This document shows positions 61,401 through 64,000 of a DNA stretch of 64,000 bases, piece by piece. Numbering within the stretch: position 1 is the stretch's first letter; each line of letters begins with the position of its first letter. Below the pieces are notes generated by a model. That model made no database searches and was not told the origin of the DNA. It saw only the letters and a program-made list of their open reading frames with translations. Source of the stretch: Ranitomeya imitator (taxonomy: Eukaryota); contig NC_091288.1 of NCBI RefSeq assembly GCF_032444005.1, positions 224,130,001 to 224,194,000 on the forward strand, in the 5' to 3' direction. The translations under genes were made by a program, and so were the position numbers.

Positions 61401-62915
61401 ATACCTGAGAAGATCAGTCCTCCTGTGTGATCTTTATATCTTTATGCTTTATTGGTAATGATATGACCCAGTGCATGTGGATCCATACTATGACAAAATC
61501 ACTAGTAATGTAATAGAGGGGAGAGGCGCTTAATGGCATCAGTGGTATGAAGCCAGAATATTTTCCTCCAGCACACTACGTGTTGTGATGGTTAAGTTAA
61601 AGTTTCATACGTGGGCTGGCTTTTTGTGGACATCTATAGAGTTGGTGGGATGGTGTCCACCTTATCTCCACTTGCACCGCTGTGTACTGACAGGACCTGT
61701 GTGAGGTCACAGTCATGTGGTCAGTCACATGACGGAGTCACATGGGCTCTAGAGGCAGTGTTTGGTCAGCAAGACTGGAGAGTGGAATCTCCAGTGGGTT
61801 TTTGTGTCCTGAGGAAACACTGAACCTGTGTGGCTCCAGAGCGGGATGTTACCCACATAAGTATGGACTGTGTTGCAGCGTTGTTTTTTGTTGTTGTTGT
61901 TTTTCCTGTTTTAGCCTGAAGGGCTGTGTTTATTTTCCCTTCTTGCTGGTTTATGCCACATAATAATAAACCAATCGAAGATTTAAAGAGACGGTGTTCC
62001 TATTTTTGTACCTCTGTATACCTGAGTTGGACTACCACTATATATACTGTGTCTACATACTAGTGAGGGGCTCGTGAAGGGTTGGCGGTGGTCCTTGCTT
62101 CGCTGTTGATGGATGGGGCAGTGAGTGTATCATCAGTGAGACTCGGCCTCCCGCTCTCAAGGTGGGGCCACTCTCGGTCTGCGGACTTTTAGTAGCCACT
62201 TTCTCTTTTCTCGTCACTTGTCCGGCAGACATATCCAGCTGTCTAATGCGACTTCTGTCCAGTACGTGGCTGGAAATCTCGGGGGGCGCTGACTCTCATG
62301 GATGATTTCTCCGCTGCTTTACTCTCATTAATGTCATGAAAAATATTATTTTCAAATTCCTACAAAATCAGTCAAAATCAACAATGAAATTGAACTCCAG
62401 ATTATTAGGAGAAAAATCCTCAAGCCTTATTAATGAAGCTTTTTTTTTTTTCCAGAATCAGTTAAAGGGAATCGGTTATCAGCCCTTTGCGCTGTAATCT
62501 CAGCATGATGTGGGGGCAGATAGCCTGATTCTAGTAATGTGTTACTTAATGGGCTGCTTGCTACAGTTTTATCAGCAAGAGATTACTGGCAGCCTTCTGG
62601 CTATGCACAGTACACACATGAAGCTACCGATCAGTGGTGTGGGCAGGGTCATATGGAGTAAGCTGCCAATCAGTGCTGGGACTGTCAAGAAGATATGAAT
62701 TATTTTCCATTGTTCGGGGGATAAAGCCAGAGCTGGTCTACTACTCCTCCCATCATTGGTTTCTGTAGGACCAAATCCTTCTGGCACCCCCCTCCCTTCC
62801 AGCAAATGGTCAGTTTGGAAAGCTTAGTTTTTATTGCCTGCTAGAACTAGAAGAGCTGAATGTATTTTCCCTACAAGGATCCCTTTGTCTTATAAGCAAA
62901 ATACTCAGTCAAATT

Positions 62916-64000
62916 CATAGTAACATAGTAACATAGTAACATAGTTAGTAAGGCCGAAAAAAGACATTTGTCCATCCAGTTCAGCCTATATTCCATCATA
63001 ATAAATCCCCAGATCTACGTCCTTCTACAGAACCTAATTGTATGATACAATATTGTTCTGCTCCAGGAAGACATCCAGGCCTCTCTTGAACCCCTCGACT
63101 GAGTTCGCCATCACCACCTCCTCAGGCAAGCAATTCCAGATTCTCACTGCCCTAACAGTAAAGAATCCTCTTCTATGTTGGTGGAAAAACCTTCTCTCCT
63201 CCAGACGCAAAGAATGCCCCCTTGTGCCCGTCACCTTCCTTGGTATAAACAGATCCTCAGCGAGATATTTGTATTGTCCCCTTATATACTTATACATGGT
63301 TATTAGATCGCCCCTCAGTCGTCTTTTTTCTAGACTAAATAATCCTAATTTCGCTAATCTATCTGGGTATTGTAGTTCTCCCATCCCCTTTATTAATTTT
63401 GTTGCCCTCCTTTGTACTCTCTCTAGTTCCATTATATCCTTCCTGAGCACCGGTGCCCAAAACTGGACACAGTACTCCATGTGCGGTCTAACTAGGGATT
63501 TGTACAGAGGCAGTATAATGCTCTCATCATGTGTATCCAGACCTCTTTTAATGCACCCCATGATCCTGTTTGCCTTGGCAGCTGCTGCCTGGCACTGGCT
63601 GCTCCAGGTAAGTTTATCATTAACTAGGATCCCCAAGTCCTTCTCCCTGTCAGATTTACCCAGTGGTTTCCCGTTCAGTGTGTAATGGTGATATTGATTC
63701 CTTCTTCCCATGTGTATAACCTTACATTTATCATTGTTAAACCTCATCTGCCACCTTTCAGCCCAAGTTTCCAACTTATCCAGATCCATCTGTAGCAGAA
63801 TACTATCTTCTCTTGTATTAACTGCTTTACATAGTTTTGTATCATCTGCAAATATCGATATTTTACTGTGTAAACCTTCTACCAGATCATTAATGAATAT
63901 GTTGAAGAGAACAGGTCCCAATACTGACCCCTGCGGTACCCCACTGGTCACAGCGACCCAGTTAGAGACTATACCATTTATAACCACCCTCTGCTTTCTA
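62916..64000 (-). mobile_element. CR1 LINE 3' portion, continues beyond the window
   Basis: Intact VPQGSVLGP, FADDTKL, LEKRRLRGDL, TRGHS; (CATAGTAA)n tail on the + strand; nearly identical to 34975-36563. Confidence 0.95.

Overview
Repeat-dense vertebrate genomic DNA, most consistent with an anuran (frog). This is inferred from the TAS2R type, the CR1/Tx1/Penelope/MITE repertoire and a CSRP gene. Host genes: two intronless bitter-taste receptors (TAS2R, + strand, 14199-15149 and 18376-19329) and a multi-exon copper-only-SOD repeat protein gene (CSRP/cusr-like, + strand). I traced eight phase-consistent CSRP exons from 40925 to 60462 but did not find the last exon. The rest is a decayed, nearly full-length Tx1/L1-clade retrotransposon with large coding repeats in ORF1, two near-identical CR1 copies, five solo-LTR-like elements, hAT/Harbinger/piggyBac-like MITEs, a non-autonomous Helitron, Penelope remnants and at least eight minisatellite arrays. 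Most long ORFs in the supplied track are repeat artefacts. Highlights: (1) an 8.7-kb intronic array of about 178 co-oriented CTCF-like motifs; (2) a complete Penelope-type hammerhead ribozyme fold with a compensatory U3-A8 core pair; (3) perfect octamer (POU) motifs just upstream of both TAS2R start codons; (4) an LTR that supplies the stop codon of the second TAS2R. Coordinates were counted by eye and may be off by a few bases at array edges.
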